Shown here piece by piece: positions 1 through 12,254 of a DNA stretch of 64,000 nucleotides. Under the pieces are notes generated by a model. That model was not told where the DNA came from, ran no database searches, and saw only the letters and a list, made by a program, of their open reading frames with translations. The stretch comes from Stylophora pistillata (Eukaryota). Where the stretch lies: assembly GCF_002571385.2 (NCBI RefSeq), contig NW_019217840.1:198560-262559 (forward strand), read 5' to 3'. The position numbers and the translations under genes are program-made. Positions within the stretch are counted from its first letter, which is position 1; every line of letters starts with the position of its first letter.

Positions 1-525
1 ATACATACAGGATTATGATTCATTCATTTAACTTGTGGCTCATGACCATGGAGAAAAACTGTGCTGTGACAGTGTATTAACAGGACCTGATGATGAAACT
101 TCTGTCATTCAGAACTGCAACTACATGACAAAGATCACGAAGGAAGCTGTCATCAATGTGACTCAGTAGTTCACGAATTCTCCAGCATTGTCGGTCATAA
201 TAAATGAGATGGACACTGGTTCTCCGAGGGAACTTTCAGGACTATTAGGACTGATTTGGAACCTAATGGAAAACTTTCTGGTATTCCCACAACAACCCAC
301 TGTCATTCCTCCAAGAATGTTGTTCGCCAAGCAATAAGTTCCAAGTTCTGCATCAATAACATTACACCCAGTTTGTTTCATCTCTTCTGCTCTTATTTCA
401 GCATTTATCTCATCCTTATGGGATAAGGGATTCAGCTGGAACAAAGTTCTTCCTGTACATCTACAGCAAGAGTACAACAGGATTGCCAGTGAAATTGAAA
501 GGCATTTGAGTTCATCACTCAATAT
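1..525 (+). pseudogene. BEL/Pao LTR-retrotransposon pol relic (RT/RNase H region); continues at ~3700-3935 and ~13798-14050
   Basis: Manual translation gives GLIWNL...LWDKGFSWNKVLP..LQQEY here, ASEISHTEANLLK at ~3880, and IVRQLNLELNPSGLL..RRLEH..EPILISKKSH..YHRQLHG at ~13860-14025. These are collinear BEL pol motifs with stops and frameshifts. Confidence 0.6.
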
Positions 526-1159
526 CTTAACCTCGATGAGACACAAGCCTATAACCAAGATGCGACATCTTGAAGTTAAGCAGTTGAGTGGCTCACTCTT
601 ACACTCAGGCAACCTATGTAACAGGTAGATTGTTAAGTTCAGTGATGGGATATGCAAGAAACACTGCGCATTCCTTAAAAAACCAGTTAGGGATACCATC
701 AGGGCCACAGGCTTTAGTTGAATCCAGTTATGTAACAATCTACCTGAACTTAATAATCTACTTCTGGAAGACCTTGCAAATTCACTCAACTGCGCATTCC
801 TAACACCCTTAGAAGAATATCGGAGAGATGACCCTTTCGTGCCACTACCCTTGGAGGACGCACCTGAATTCCTGGAAGTTGCTGAACATCAGGTTTACAA
901 ACTGTTGTGCAAGCTGGATTCAACTAAAGCCTGTGGCCCTGAAGGTATCCCTAACTGATTTTTTAAAAAATACGCAGTGTTTCTTGCATATCGTGATGAA
1001 ATTTTGTGGGCCGAGGCCAGGAACGTGTTCGATAATTGAGTCAGTTTGCTAGACATAACGTCTCGTAGTCACGTTCGACGCACTAAAAACTACTATAAAA
1101 CGAATACAAGAATTGTAAAAACGTGTAAAATGGTATATAAAAAGTCACTTGTAAAGATG

Positions 1160-1217
1160 TAGCGGAATTCCAAATCGATTTCGATCAATTACGATCCTCA
1201 TCAGTAGTACTCCGCCA
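1160..1217 (-). ncRNA. Type I hammerhead ribozyme motif (PLE copy 1, left arm)
   Basis: Exact reverse complement of 2093-2150. Confidence 0.75.
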
Positions 1218-1296
1218 TGTTTAAAATACTCATAAATAATTGTTCATATAAGTGACTCTGAAATGTCCACACTTCTTCCAGGCTTCATGTAAGCGG

Positions 1297-1914
1297 TCAT
1301 GATGTATCAATCACAGCTCGTGGGATTTGAAAAAAGTTCCATTCGTTCTTGGAGTTCATAAGCGAGTCTTCGTTCACATTATTTATCCTCACTCCTTCAG
1401 TTATTTGTCTCAGCATCGCGTCATTGTGATAAACCCCCGTCACATCCATTCGGAACTGCTTTACCTCTCTATTGTGTTTCTCTTTACAGTGTTTCCACAA
1501 TGCAGATCGTTCTTCCTTATTGTTAAGTGATTTCGTATGCTCTTTCCCTCTGGTATACGCGCTCCTGGCTGTTTCCCCTACGTATACGCTGTTACACTGG
1601 ATACACTTAATCTCATACGTCACACTTTCTCTATCACACGGTCCTTTTCCACCTGTGCTACACACTGGGCAGTCTTCTCGTCCACACTGTCGCGGTTTAA
1701 ATGGGTCGGACTTTTGGAGTAGTCGTTTAATGGCGATTCCGGCTTTCTCCACCACTTTAATATTGAAACCTTGCTGCTTTATTTCTGTCTGGTATTCCTT
1801 CCGTAACCGTGAGTTGGGCGTAGCTGGTACAAAAATTACTGATTCATTCCCGCCGCGTTTGTACCAGTTGGATTTCCTTTCGCTCTTTTCCTTTTCTCGT
1901 TCCACCTTTCTCCA
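1297..1914 (-). pseudogene. C-terminal fragment of PLE ORF: Cys-rich linker plus GIY-YIG endonuclease
   Basis: CGREDCPVC...C..ESVTYEIKCIQCNSVYVGETARSAYTRGKEH...HCKEKH...RQITEG...MNSKNEW. The frame is open, but the listed N-terminal 24 aa come from the inverted arm. Confidence 0.85.
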
Positions 1915-2092
1915 GGAGTGAGGATAAATAATGTGAACGAAGACTCGCTTATGAACTCCAAGAACGAATGGAACTTTTTTCAAATCCCACGAGCTGTGAT
2001 TGATACATCATGACCGCTTACATGAAGCCTGGAAGAAGTGTGGACATTTCAGAGTCACTTATATGAACAATTATTTATGAGTATTTTAAACA

Positions 2093-2150
2093 TGGCGGAG
2101 TACTACTGATGAGGATCGTAATTGATCGAAATCGATTTGGAATTCCGCTA
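2093..2150 (+). ncRNA. Type I hammerhead ribozyme motif (PLE copy 1, right arm)
   Basis: UGGCGGAG-UA-CUA CUGAUGA-G GAUC guaauu GAUC GAAA UCGA UU UGG-AA-UUCCGCUA: core, stem II, palindromic stem III (AAAUCGAUUU) and an interrupted stem I. Confidence 0.78.
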
Positions 2151-4723
2151 CATCTTTACAAGTGACTTTTTATATACCATTTTACACGTTTTTACAATTC
2201 TTGTATTCGTTTTATAGTAGTTTTTAGTGCGTCGAACGTGACTACGAGACGTTATGTCTAGCAAACTGACTCAATTCTTGCATATCCCATCACTGAAATC
2301 TTAAATGCCTCCTTAAAGGAACAACGCTTACCCACCATGTGCATAACTGTCAATGTCACACCAATCCCTAAAAGGAAACCCATTAAAGATGTTAAGAAGG
2401 ATTTAAGACCTATTTCCCTTACACCATGTCTTTCTAAACTGGCTGAGGATTTAGTCGTCACTAATTATGTCAAGCTCGCCGCTTTACAAATTTTAGACAA
2501 TCGCCAATACAGCACTGTCACGAAATCCTCTACGACCCTAGCTTTGCTGGAAATGTTTCATTGCTGGACGAATGCTACAGATAGCAACGGCTCTTCTGCA
2601 TCTTATTTGATTACAGGAAAGCCTCCAACTTGATCGGTCACAAGGTCCTTCTTGCTAAGCTAAGTACTCTGATTTTGCCGCACTCCATCATTAATTGGAT
2701 TATCAATTTCCTTACCAACCATCACCAAAGAACAAAACTTGCTGAAGGACGCATATCCGAATGGGGTTTGGTGCCCTCTGGTGTTCCATGGCTCTTTGTC
2801 ATCATGATCAATGACTTCTCCATTAGCGGCACATCATTATGGAAGAACGTAGATGACACAACAGTTTCCAAAATCACTCCCAAAGGCCAGACAAGTAGCA
2901 CTCAAGAATATGTCGATTCTGTGGCAGACTAGTCCGTTGACAACCGGTTCCAATTGAACACCGATAAGTGTAAGGAAATTCGTATATCATTCTTTAAGAA
3001 CAATGCTGACCTTTATTCATTAATGGCCATGAACTAGAAATTGTTCAGAATGCCAAACTACTTGGAGTGACTATTACAATCAATCTTTCTTGGAACTTAC
3101 ACATTAACGAAACTATCAAGAAAGCGTCAAAACGACTTTATTTTACACAGCTTAAACGTGCTAAGGTCCCTACATCGGACTTAGCAAGATTCTACACGTT
3201 GTATTATAGCTGTCTGTGACTATGCTGTACTGGTTTTTCATTCATCCCTGCCTAGTTATCTACTTAATGACTTAGAACGAGTTCAGAAAAGAGCTCTATC
3301 AATTACTTTCCCTCACTTATGTTACAACGAATCATTAGCATTTTTAGACTTGGATTCACTTTTTGATCATCACATTTCTTTAAGCAATTCAATTTTTAAT
3401 AAAATCCTACATGACAAAGAGCATAAACTACACCACCTGCTTCCCCCAAGACATTGCCCTAACTACAACTTTAGGCAAAGCCAAGTGTTTGATATTAGTT
3501 ACAAACCAACCACACCAAGAACAGTTTTATTAACTTTCAGTGTAATTCAATTAACAATAATAAGAAGGTATTTTATGTTGTATTTTTATAGAACATTTTA
3601 TCTCCAGTATTTTAGAGAACATTTTAGCTACACAGTTATTGTACGCAATTTAGCCAATGGCTACCGTGTACATACTAATAAAGTAGCTCTCTCTTTTTAA
3701 CGAAGACTTTGTGAAATCTGATTCCAGCAATAGCGGGCTCCAAAACATGATTGCAGTTCAGCACTTAAAGACCCAAATTGCTGCTTCACACCATATCCTA
3801 GGTCCCGACATTTGTTTCCAACCTTCTCACAAGAACTGCTATCAGTTGTCTGGCTGGAAGTCCTAGTCCCTACAGCATCAGAAATATCACACACAGAAGC
3901 GAACCTTCTTAAACTCATCAAATTCAGCACTTCCTTTAACCCTTTACCTATCATTCGTATGATATTGTGCAATTAAGACCTGGGACCCAGAAGTGCTCTC
4001 TGAGAGAGTCACTTTTGGTCACTGTGAGCCCTTAGCTGGAGTTCTTGGTAACTGAAACGCGTTTTGTCCTCTGCAATCCTTCAACTGACTGTTAACAACA
4101 ACAGAATTATTCAGTTTTTCACTTTTTGTGCACAAATTGTTTTTGTGTGGGTATTTAAAAATGGTGAATGCATCCATTCCCAATCATGAAGTTTTAAGAT
4201 GAGTTTTAGAGAGCAATGGAGTACGAAATTTCTGATGAAAGTGAAGAAGAATTGTCTTGTAATGGTGGTGACTATAAGGAAGAAAGTTCCGATTCTGACA
4301 AGGAAAGAGATATTTCTGATCCATCCAGTAGTACTGAAGAATCTGCATGGTGAGTAAAATTTAACTTGTTTGTTGTTAACATCGCATAGAGTTAAGAATA
4401 TTGCAACGCATTACAGTTTTATCAGTTAAGGCTGAGGTAGTTGCTAAAGGGAAAGAAAAGGTCGTCGTGCTCATGGTGGTTTAGCAAGAGGTTGTACAAG
4501 GTGGCAACAAGTGTATGCTGATCCAACCATTCCATGGACTGAACATTAGGCGCCACAACAAGCAAGACAACTTCTAGAACTGTCCCTTGATCCTACTAGT
4601 AGTTATTTGAACCCTGAAAATCTGAGAGGTCTGGTTTTGATCATTTATTCACTGAAGACATTTGGGATTTGTTATTTGCTTAAAGAAACACATAGCAAGA
4701 ACAATCGTTTGCCTAAGAACCAG

Positions 4724-7700
4724 GCGCTGTTATGGCTGCCACATGTAATTTAGCTATAGGCTTTTTTATCCTTTTTATCTGGATTATTTACCTACAGAGG
4801 AAAGCCTGGAGGTGGACGAAAAACAAGACGGCATGCTATTCCTGTTTTGGTTACCAAAAGCCCAGTCGAGAACCACCCGTCGATATGCCACAGATGCAAT
4901 CACAACAACTTAACAAGAATTAAACGTTCTCAAATTAAGAACTCTAGCACGAATTCCACTAAGGAAGACAAATATGCAGTCCCTAAATGCATGTTTCTAA
5001 ATATCTGTAGCTTGACTAAGACACGGAATGGAATCAAAGCTAATCTGGCACTTAAAGCTGACTTATTTACGAATGAAATCGACATCTGCGTTGTTTCCGA
5101 AACACATGTAAAAAGGATCGTGTCGGACTCGGTTGTACCTATATCCAATTATACCATCCACAGAAGAGATCGAAACAGGTTTGAAAAAGGACAAGTGAGA
5201 GAAAGGAGCCGTAGTGATTTATGTGAGGAAAAATATAAAAGTGAAATTGGTTTCGAGATCGGAGTTGTTTGAGTCCATCAGTCTGGAAATTGATAAATAA
5301 ATAAATAATAAATAAATAAATAATGATTTAACAATGGACATCCACTGGGTGGCTATTCTTGTCCACTGTTCCAGATCGAATTGGAATTTGGAATGTTGGT
5401 TTTTGCGGAGGGAGGAAAACCGGAGGACCCGGGGAAAAACCCTCGGAGCAAGGACGAGAACCAACAACAAACTCAACCCACATGAGACGCCAGGTCCGGG
5501 AATCGAACCCGGGCCACAGTGGTGGGAGGCGAGTGCTCTCACCACTGCGCCATCCCTGCTCCCCTTTGATTACTATATCGGGCCATCATATGCTGATGTG
5601 TGGTATTTATCATCCACCAAGATCTAAATACCAGGAAGACGACTTAATTGAATATGTCACGGATACTGTAGATCAGTTTCTCCAGCGTCAACCAAGTGGG
5701 CTAGTGCTATGTAGAGGAGACCTCAACTGGCTTGATTTAGAAAAGCTTTCGAATTTATCTGGTTTAAAAGTGCTGGTTGACTTTCCAACTCTAGGCGATT
5801 CTGTTTTGGACAATTACTTGACTAATAATGAAGCCCTCTTCTCTAGGTGCTACCCTATTGTCGCACAAATGAAAACAGACCATAAAGGCATAATTTTACC
5901 AGCAGGTGTGAGACTAAAGCCCTCGAGATTCAGTAGCACAATGCGTGATTACTAAGAGCATTGCAAAATCATGTTTTACCATAAGCTCCTTGACCAAGAC
6001 TAGAATCATGTTAGTAATAACTCTGACATCGATGCAGCGGTGAACTCGCTGCACTCCATCTTAGAGAAATTAATGAAGGAATATTTTCCAAGCAAATCGA
6101 TTCGAATGTCTTCCAGAGACCCTCCGTGGATGAGTCCATTAGTGAAATTGCTCTTGAAGAAAAAAACAAGATCTCGAAAAGGCAGTGGGAGAGACTTAGC
6201 TGAACTGACGGAGAAGATAGGATGACTAATAGCTGAAAATCACCGAGCCTTAGCATATGTGAAACTTGGATCGCTAGCCTGGTGGAGGAAAGTTGATCGA
6301 CTGTCCATGCGTAAAGACAAGAGCAGCTGCGAACCAGACAAGGATTTCATCATTGGTTTAAATGATTATTTCGGTGACATTTGCTTTGATAGAGAATATT
6401 CTGAACCAGTTCCTGCCGAGATTGATGCGAACACCCCTGCTCCACAACTATCTATATTTCAAGTGTTTATTGCCTTATCACGAATAAAGCATACTGCCAC
6501 TGGACCTGATGGAATTCCTTTCAGGATATGGAAAGATTATGTTGAGATATTTACCCCAGTGATTGTGAATTTATGGAACATGTCTCTTGCTAGGCAGATT
6601 TGGCCAAGCCGTTGGAAGGAGGCTAACATCAATCCACTCCCAAAAGTCAAGACACCAGTCGAATACGCAGACTTTAGAGGAATCAACGTTACTCCAGTTA
6701 TTGCCAGAACGTTTGAAAGAACAGTATCTAACATTTTTAACAAGAGGCGCCTGGAGGAACATCTGAATCACTCTCAATTTGCATACCGCTCAGATGGAAG
6801 TTGTGTAAACGCTCTGTTGAAAATGCCGCGTACATTTCTCGAGGCATTGGATAGACGGGACACGTTAGCGGTGAGAATGTTTATGATGGATTTTTCAAAA
6901 GCAGCTTTGATAACGTTAAACACAATCTCCTAGTTGAAAAGCTGAAACGCAGTCCACTTGATCATGCATTGTTAACTGGTATGCCAACTTTCTTGAAAGC
7001 AGAAAACAGAGGGTGATTTTCAATAATTTGACTTGCCAGTGGAGAATTGTCAACAAGGGAACAACACAGGGAAGCGTCAGTGGCCCATATCTTTTTAACA
7101 TATTTTTGAATGACCTAGAGATAGATGGGTACAAAGATATATCCCTGTTTAAGTATGCAGACGATTCAACCGTCTTAGTCACGATCACTAAAGATTCCCC
7201 GGATATATTTGACATTGCCTTGTCAAAGTTTATGGATTGGACTGTTGCAAACGGCATGCATTGTAACACTAGTAAGTGTAAGGAGCTAGTTATGCGTAAG
7301 AAAGGCAATTCAACAGTCTACCCAATGTCTCACAATATCGAACAATATAATAACAATTCTTTACTGGGCGTCACATTTCAAGGTAATTGTAAGTTCAGCA
7401 TGCATGTCAAGGCCAAGCTCCATGAAGCCAACAAGTGTTTATTTGTCATCAGAAGCCTACGTCAAGAAGGATATACTCAAGGCAAAATAGACCACCTCTT
7501 TAATTCAATTGTGATCCCTAAGTTATTGTACGGTCTTTCAGTTTATGCTGCAAGTGTTTCCGAACTTACTGTTATACAAAGGTTTTCGAAAAGATGCTTT
7601 AAGAGGCGCTACACGTCGGTCAATTACAGCATATATGAACTTTTGGAGAAAAGTGACAGACGCCTTTTTTATAACCTCAAACATGATGACCATCCCTTAA

Positions 7701-7969
7701 AAAGCCTACTCCCAAGGTACAAAGACTATATTGTAAACATTCAAAGGAAATCCATTGTCAGGCCCAGCATTAACACTGAACATTTTAAACATAGCTTTTT
7801 TAGTAGATTAATTTTTAAATATAGTCTACCTGTGTAAATACCCCATATGTATTTCTAATCATTTTTATTCGATTTAATCATTGTAATTTTTCCCATCAAT
7901 ATATATTTTTACTGTAACATCAGATATGTAATTTTATCGGATGGTTTTTTAATAAAGACGAATTTATTT
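4724..7969 (+). mobile_element. Near full-length decayed single-ORF LINE (APE + RT)
   Basis: 8-bp TSD AGAACCAG (4716-4723 / 7970-7977). APE motifs FLNICSL, VSETH, GIYHPP, GDLN, TDH; RT motifs FRGINVT, DFSKA, QGSVSGP, KYADD; AATAAA at the 3' end; frameshifts. Confidence 0.9.
5293..5563 (-). mobile_element. tRNA-derived SINE inserted in the LINE endonuclease region
   Basis: Head GGGAGCAGGGATGGCGCAGTGG (A box)...GGTTCGATTCC (B box); (TTTA)n tail. Confidence 0.9.
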
Positions 7970-8699
7970 AGAACCAGATAAACATAAGAGACCATGGAAA
8001 CCTGTCATTAAGGATGAGATGGAGGCTTTTGAGGGAATTGTTATTCTAATAGGCATCGTAAAACTACCCCAAGTGTATATATATGTATTGGAGTAAAGAC
8101 AAGCTCACTCACCAAGCTGGCATTAGCTCTGTAATGCCTCCTGAACAAAGTTTCTGCAGATTATGCTGTAGCTTCATTTGGCTGACAACCCAGCAGGTAT
8201 TCCCAAAGCAACACCTGCCTTTGATACAATTATTGCATGTTAGAGAGTATATCAACATCATTCTGAGAAATTCTTAAAGGAGTACAACCTGGCTAGGGAT
8301 GTTCCTATTGACCAAACAATAGTGCCGCACATGGGACATCTTTCATACAAAGAATATAAAAAGAACAAACCCACCCAGTGGGGGATTAAACTTTGAGTTC
8401 TTTGTGAAGCCACTACATGCTACATTTATCGATTTCAAGTTTACCTTAGAAGGGAGGATGAAACTGCCAAGAAGAACCTTGCATGGAGAGTTGTGAAAGA
8501 TCTCACTTAGTGAGTAAGTTTAGTAAAATTATTATTTATTGTCACGGCTATCCCTCATTTAGGTTGAGGGTGATAGTCTTCGTATTGATCAGTGGTGTGT
8601 CCGCAGGTGGCTCATGAACTATATGAGGTAAATGATAATTTGCTAGCACTTGAAGGTTAATGACTGATATCTACCCCTGTCAATGTGCTTTATATAGTA

Positions 8700-11600
8700 T
8701 TTTATAGATGGTTACATTTCATGCACATGTTGCCGATTGCAAACATCAGCAAGCGACTGCAAAGGATGAGACCACCTGATTATTTGTCAAGACTTCCAAG
8801 GGACTTAGAAAAGCATTTCAAAAACTTGAAAGGTGCATGTCTGTGTATAGTCAAGTAGTAAGTTGCTGCATTTATAGCTCTTGATTTAGTCTTGTGTTAC
8901 AAAGTATTATCATTTTGCATTTGATGAATTTGAAACTGTGGTGGGAACGCAAACCTCCACAAGCAACAAATTAATAATGATCAAACCTTTGTGTGTGCCA
9001 ATCAATCATGAAGGTAGATTGATGTCCTTGTATGTGTTCTCTTCCGCCCCCCTCTAATAATGCTTCAGACTTCTAGTATTTCCTTTGAATGCCTGCCATG
9101 CATGTGGCTAAAAGGGCATGTGGGTCACAACAACTGTTCAGTGTGAAGCTAATTAGAAAATGTTATTAACAATTGATTATTAAGTATTTTATCCCTTTTT
9201 ACTTTGTTTAAAGCTTCAGAGTTGCAAGCTTGCCTGTTATACTACGCACTACCATGTTCAATCGGTTACCTGCCTTACAAATACCTGCTACATTTTAGAC
9301 ACCTGGCAGAAGGTATTTTCATCCTTCTTGGAGATGCAATTACACCTCTTCAGTTAAACAGAGCAAAAGATCTCCTGCACACCTTTTGCAGGGACTTTCA
9401 GAGTTTATACGGTGAGAGCATGTGATAATGCTGTAATCAGTTGTGTGGCTGGTCATTTGATCTACTCAGATGCAATACATCAGATATGCAACACACACCA
9501 AAAAAAACTAATTCTATATTGGTCAGGGTTTTTTTTATAAAACTTAGGCACAATGTTTGAAAACAGATACAATGTTTTGTTGTTGCCTGTTTTGCTAATT
9601 TCGAACTTAAAAGGTAACCTTCAAAGATTAGTATTTAAGATTTTTAAAAGTTTATCAACTGTGAAATCAAGAACTGGATATTGTTAAAGTCTTTACAGGA
9701 AATGGAAGTTGTGGGCTCAATGTTCACAATGCTGGTGTTCATTTGGCTGATTATGTACAGGGATGGGGACCGCTTTGGGCTTGCTCAACCTTTGGTCTTG
9801 ACGATATGAATGGTACCATTATGGACCTGACACACGAAACAGGAAATGTTTGTAGGCAGGTGAGATACACTCTCTCTTTTGGAAGTGAAGAGCAGAGTTT
9901 GATATTGTATAGAAACTGATCAGTTTCAGCCTTTTAATTAGGTGATAACATGGAACTTGTTATTCCCCAGTTACCATATTATTGAAAGCTTCTTATAATC
10001 CAGGAACCATTTTAGACAAAAGATCTAGTAACTGTTGTAATAGTTCCCTGACCTGACATTATCATTGCCACTGTAAACAATTAATCATTGAATTCCTTTT
10101 ACATTCAAAGGTTCTGTGGATGCTTCATGCTCAGAATCGACTAAGGTGTGGCATACAACTGATGGAAAATAGCGCCATGAAACACTTCATTGAAAGAATG
10201 CTGAACACTAAAAGAGGGTATGTCAATTTAAGTTATTCCAAAAGTTAATGTACTGAATGAAAGGCTTTTGCTGCATTGGCGTAGCCAAGAGGAATTCTTC
10301 ATTAACAAACATTACTCAGGTGAATATTTGTTTTGTTACCGGGTTTTAGGGTAAAAAATCTCAAGACTGCTCAAGGTTGCCAAATTGCTGGTGGAGCGAA
10401 AAAGCTCAATGGATTATCACAAGATTTGCTTGAGGAAATTAACAATGAAACCACTAGCCAAACAAAGATGAAAGTGCTACGTATTGTGAAGAATGGACAT
10501 GTTTATTTCTCAAAGGAGTGTTCCAGAATGGTTAAACGAAATTCATCTGTTGCCCTGTTTGAGAATGGGAAAATTGGGGAGATTAAGAGTTTTTTTGTCT
10601 GGGAACGAGACTCTGGATTGACACTTGCAGTGTTCCGAGAGGTGTATCCAGATCTTGGCAAACCCTTTTTCTTTCAAGATGCTGGCCATCACATTCTTAG
10701 GTTGAAACCAGAGAGGTACTGATGCTTTTTTTTTCTGTTTATGATAGACTTAACATAAATCTGCATGTAACTGTGGAAAATGCTGCAAAACCTTTTCCGT
10801 AATTGTCAATGGAAACAATAATTTTACCTATTGACCAAAGTAACATAAATTTCATAAAAAAAGGTTGTGGTTATTCATCATGGTAAATAACAATAATAAC
10901 TAAATTTTATTGTTTGTCTCACAATGTAGTCATTGATGATGTATATTGTAACTTTTCAACTGCATACTGCTAGTTTTCTTCGAGTGATTATTAACATGAA
11001 ATTATTGTAATTACGCATATGGTGGGATTGTTGTCAGATGAGTCAGGTCTAGTCTTTGAAAAGCAATTAATGTTTAGCATTTTGTTGGTAGACTCTCTGA
11101 TGCCACATTGCCTGTCTTCCTTTAAATTTTGCTTTCAGATCTGAACTTCAAGTTGAGCAAATTGAAAAGCTACAAGATAAAGTTTTTTTCCTGGAAGGAA
11201 ACAAAGACAACATTTGTGTTATCAGAATTCCAAACTTCGGTGGAGTTTGTGGATAATGTGTATTTAAAAAAATGCATTACAATTTTAGATCTTCAATATT
11301 TGTGAGCAATTCCTTGCAAGAGAGGAGCTTTGTTCAAGCTCAAAAAGCTGCCCTTGAATTTTTACTCTCAGCTTGATGCATACATCTAATTCTTGCCACA
11401 CTGAAAATCCTTTAATAATGGGATTTTTACAATTAAAAATATGAGACATGTAAATCATTTTGTATGTCTTTTTTTTTAAGCATACTGTAATTCTGTGGAG
11501 AAATGCTTGAGTTTAGGTAATATTAAATGAATCATGACAGAACAGCAGCATGGTTATTGCCACTTGTAAGAGTTACCTAGAAGTTAGTAGTTTGTACTTT

Positions 11601-12254
11601 TCAATAGGAAGTAATGCTCTTGTAATCCTAAGTAATTCTGGAAATAGATTCAACAAACATCTAACATGTAATGACACCTGAAAATTTTTACATGCAAAAA
11701 TCTTAGTTGGTTAAATTATTACAATAAATGCTAGATTTTTCAAAAGAAAACGTACTTAAAGGTATTTTTAATTTTACTAACAGGTTTTTATTTGGAATCA
11801 GTTATTAGATGTAACATTCTTGAAAAGTGTGCAATTCTAGAAACTAAAAAATTAATTACAAGCCATCAATTAGTGTCTCAAAAAGTCCATTCTTAGAAAA
11901 TCCCAAAAATTCCAAACTTCACTATTCAACAGCTCCACTAACATTCTTGAGAATTCCTAGGAATTCATAGGAATTCCAACCCTAGAGATATGTGTAACAT
12001 ACAATTCTCAAGAATTCCCAGCAATTCCAAACCTTCTGCATCTGTGTCTAATTTACATAGTTGGGAATTTCTGAGAATTCCCAGGAATTCCAACCCTAGA
12101 GATTTGTGTAACGTACAATTCTCAAGAATTCCCAGCAATTCCAAACCTTCTGCATCTGTGTCTAATTTGCATAGTTAGGAATTTCTGAGAATTCCTAGGA
12201 ATTCCTAGGAATTCCTAGAAATTCCCAAAAAGCTGGGAATTCATTTCGCAGGGG
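8700..12254 (+). mobile_element. CACTA/EnSpm-type element, 3' part, with spliced transposase exons
   Basis: GT-AG exons encode LPRDL..KASELQACLLYYALP..LYG/NVHN..HLADYVQGWGPLWA.STF; subterminal repeats; ends TTTCGCAGGGG just before piggyBac sequence resumes. Left end not found. Confidence 0.7.
11880..12250. repeat. Subterminal GAATTCCTAG-type palindromic repeats including a ~114-bp tandem duplication
   Basis: Repeated GAATTCCTAGGAATTC; unit at ~11971 repeated at ~12085. Confidence 0.85.

Larger units (their letters stand above)
993..2274. mobile_element. Penelope-like element, 5'-truncated, with inverted pseudo-LTRs (copy 1)
   Basis: 12-bp TSD TTCTTGCATATC (981-992 / 2275-2286); inverted arms ~1034-1396 and ~1915-2276; unpaired 41-bp extension 993-1033; GIY-YIG ORF end; hammerhead in each arm. 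Confidence 0.92.
540..3697 (+). mobile_element. Decayed LINE (CR1/L2 group) RT region and 3' end, split by a PLE
   Basis: KACGP(D/E)GIPN, LRPISLTPCLSKLAE, SGVP..LFVIMIND, KNVDDTT, LERVQKRAL; AATAAA at ~3677; many stops. Confidence 0.85.

Noticed and set aside
163-789. 208-aa minus-strand ORF
   Set aside because: Antisense to BEL/LINE relics; no coherent protein features.
2020-2060. SECIS-like hairpin after the PLE stop codon (ATGA...AA...)
   Set aside because: The 3' GA of the non-Watson-Crick quartet is missing, and the visible ORF has no in-frame TGA.
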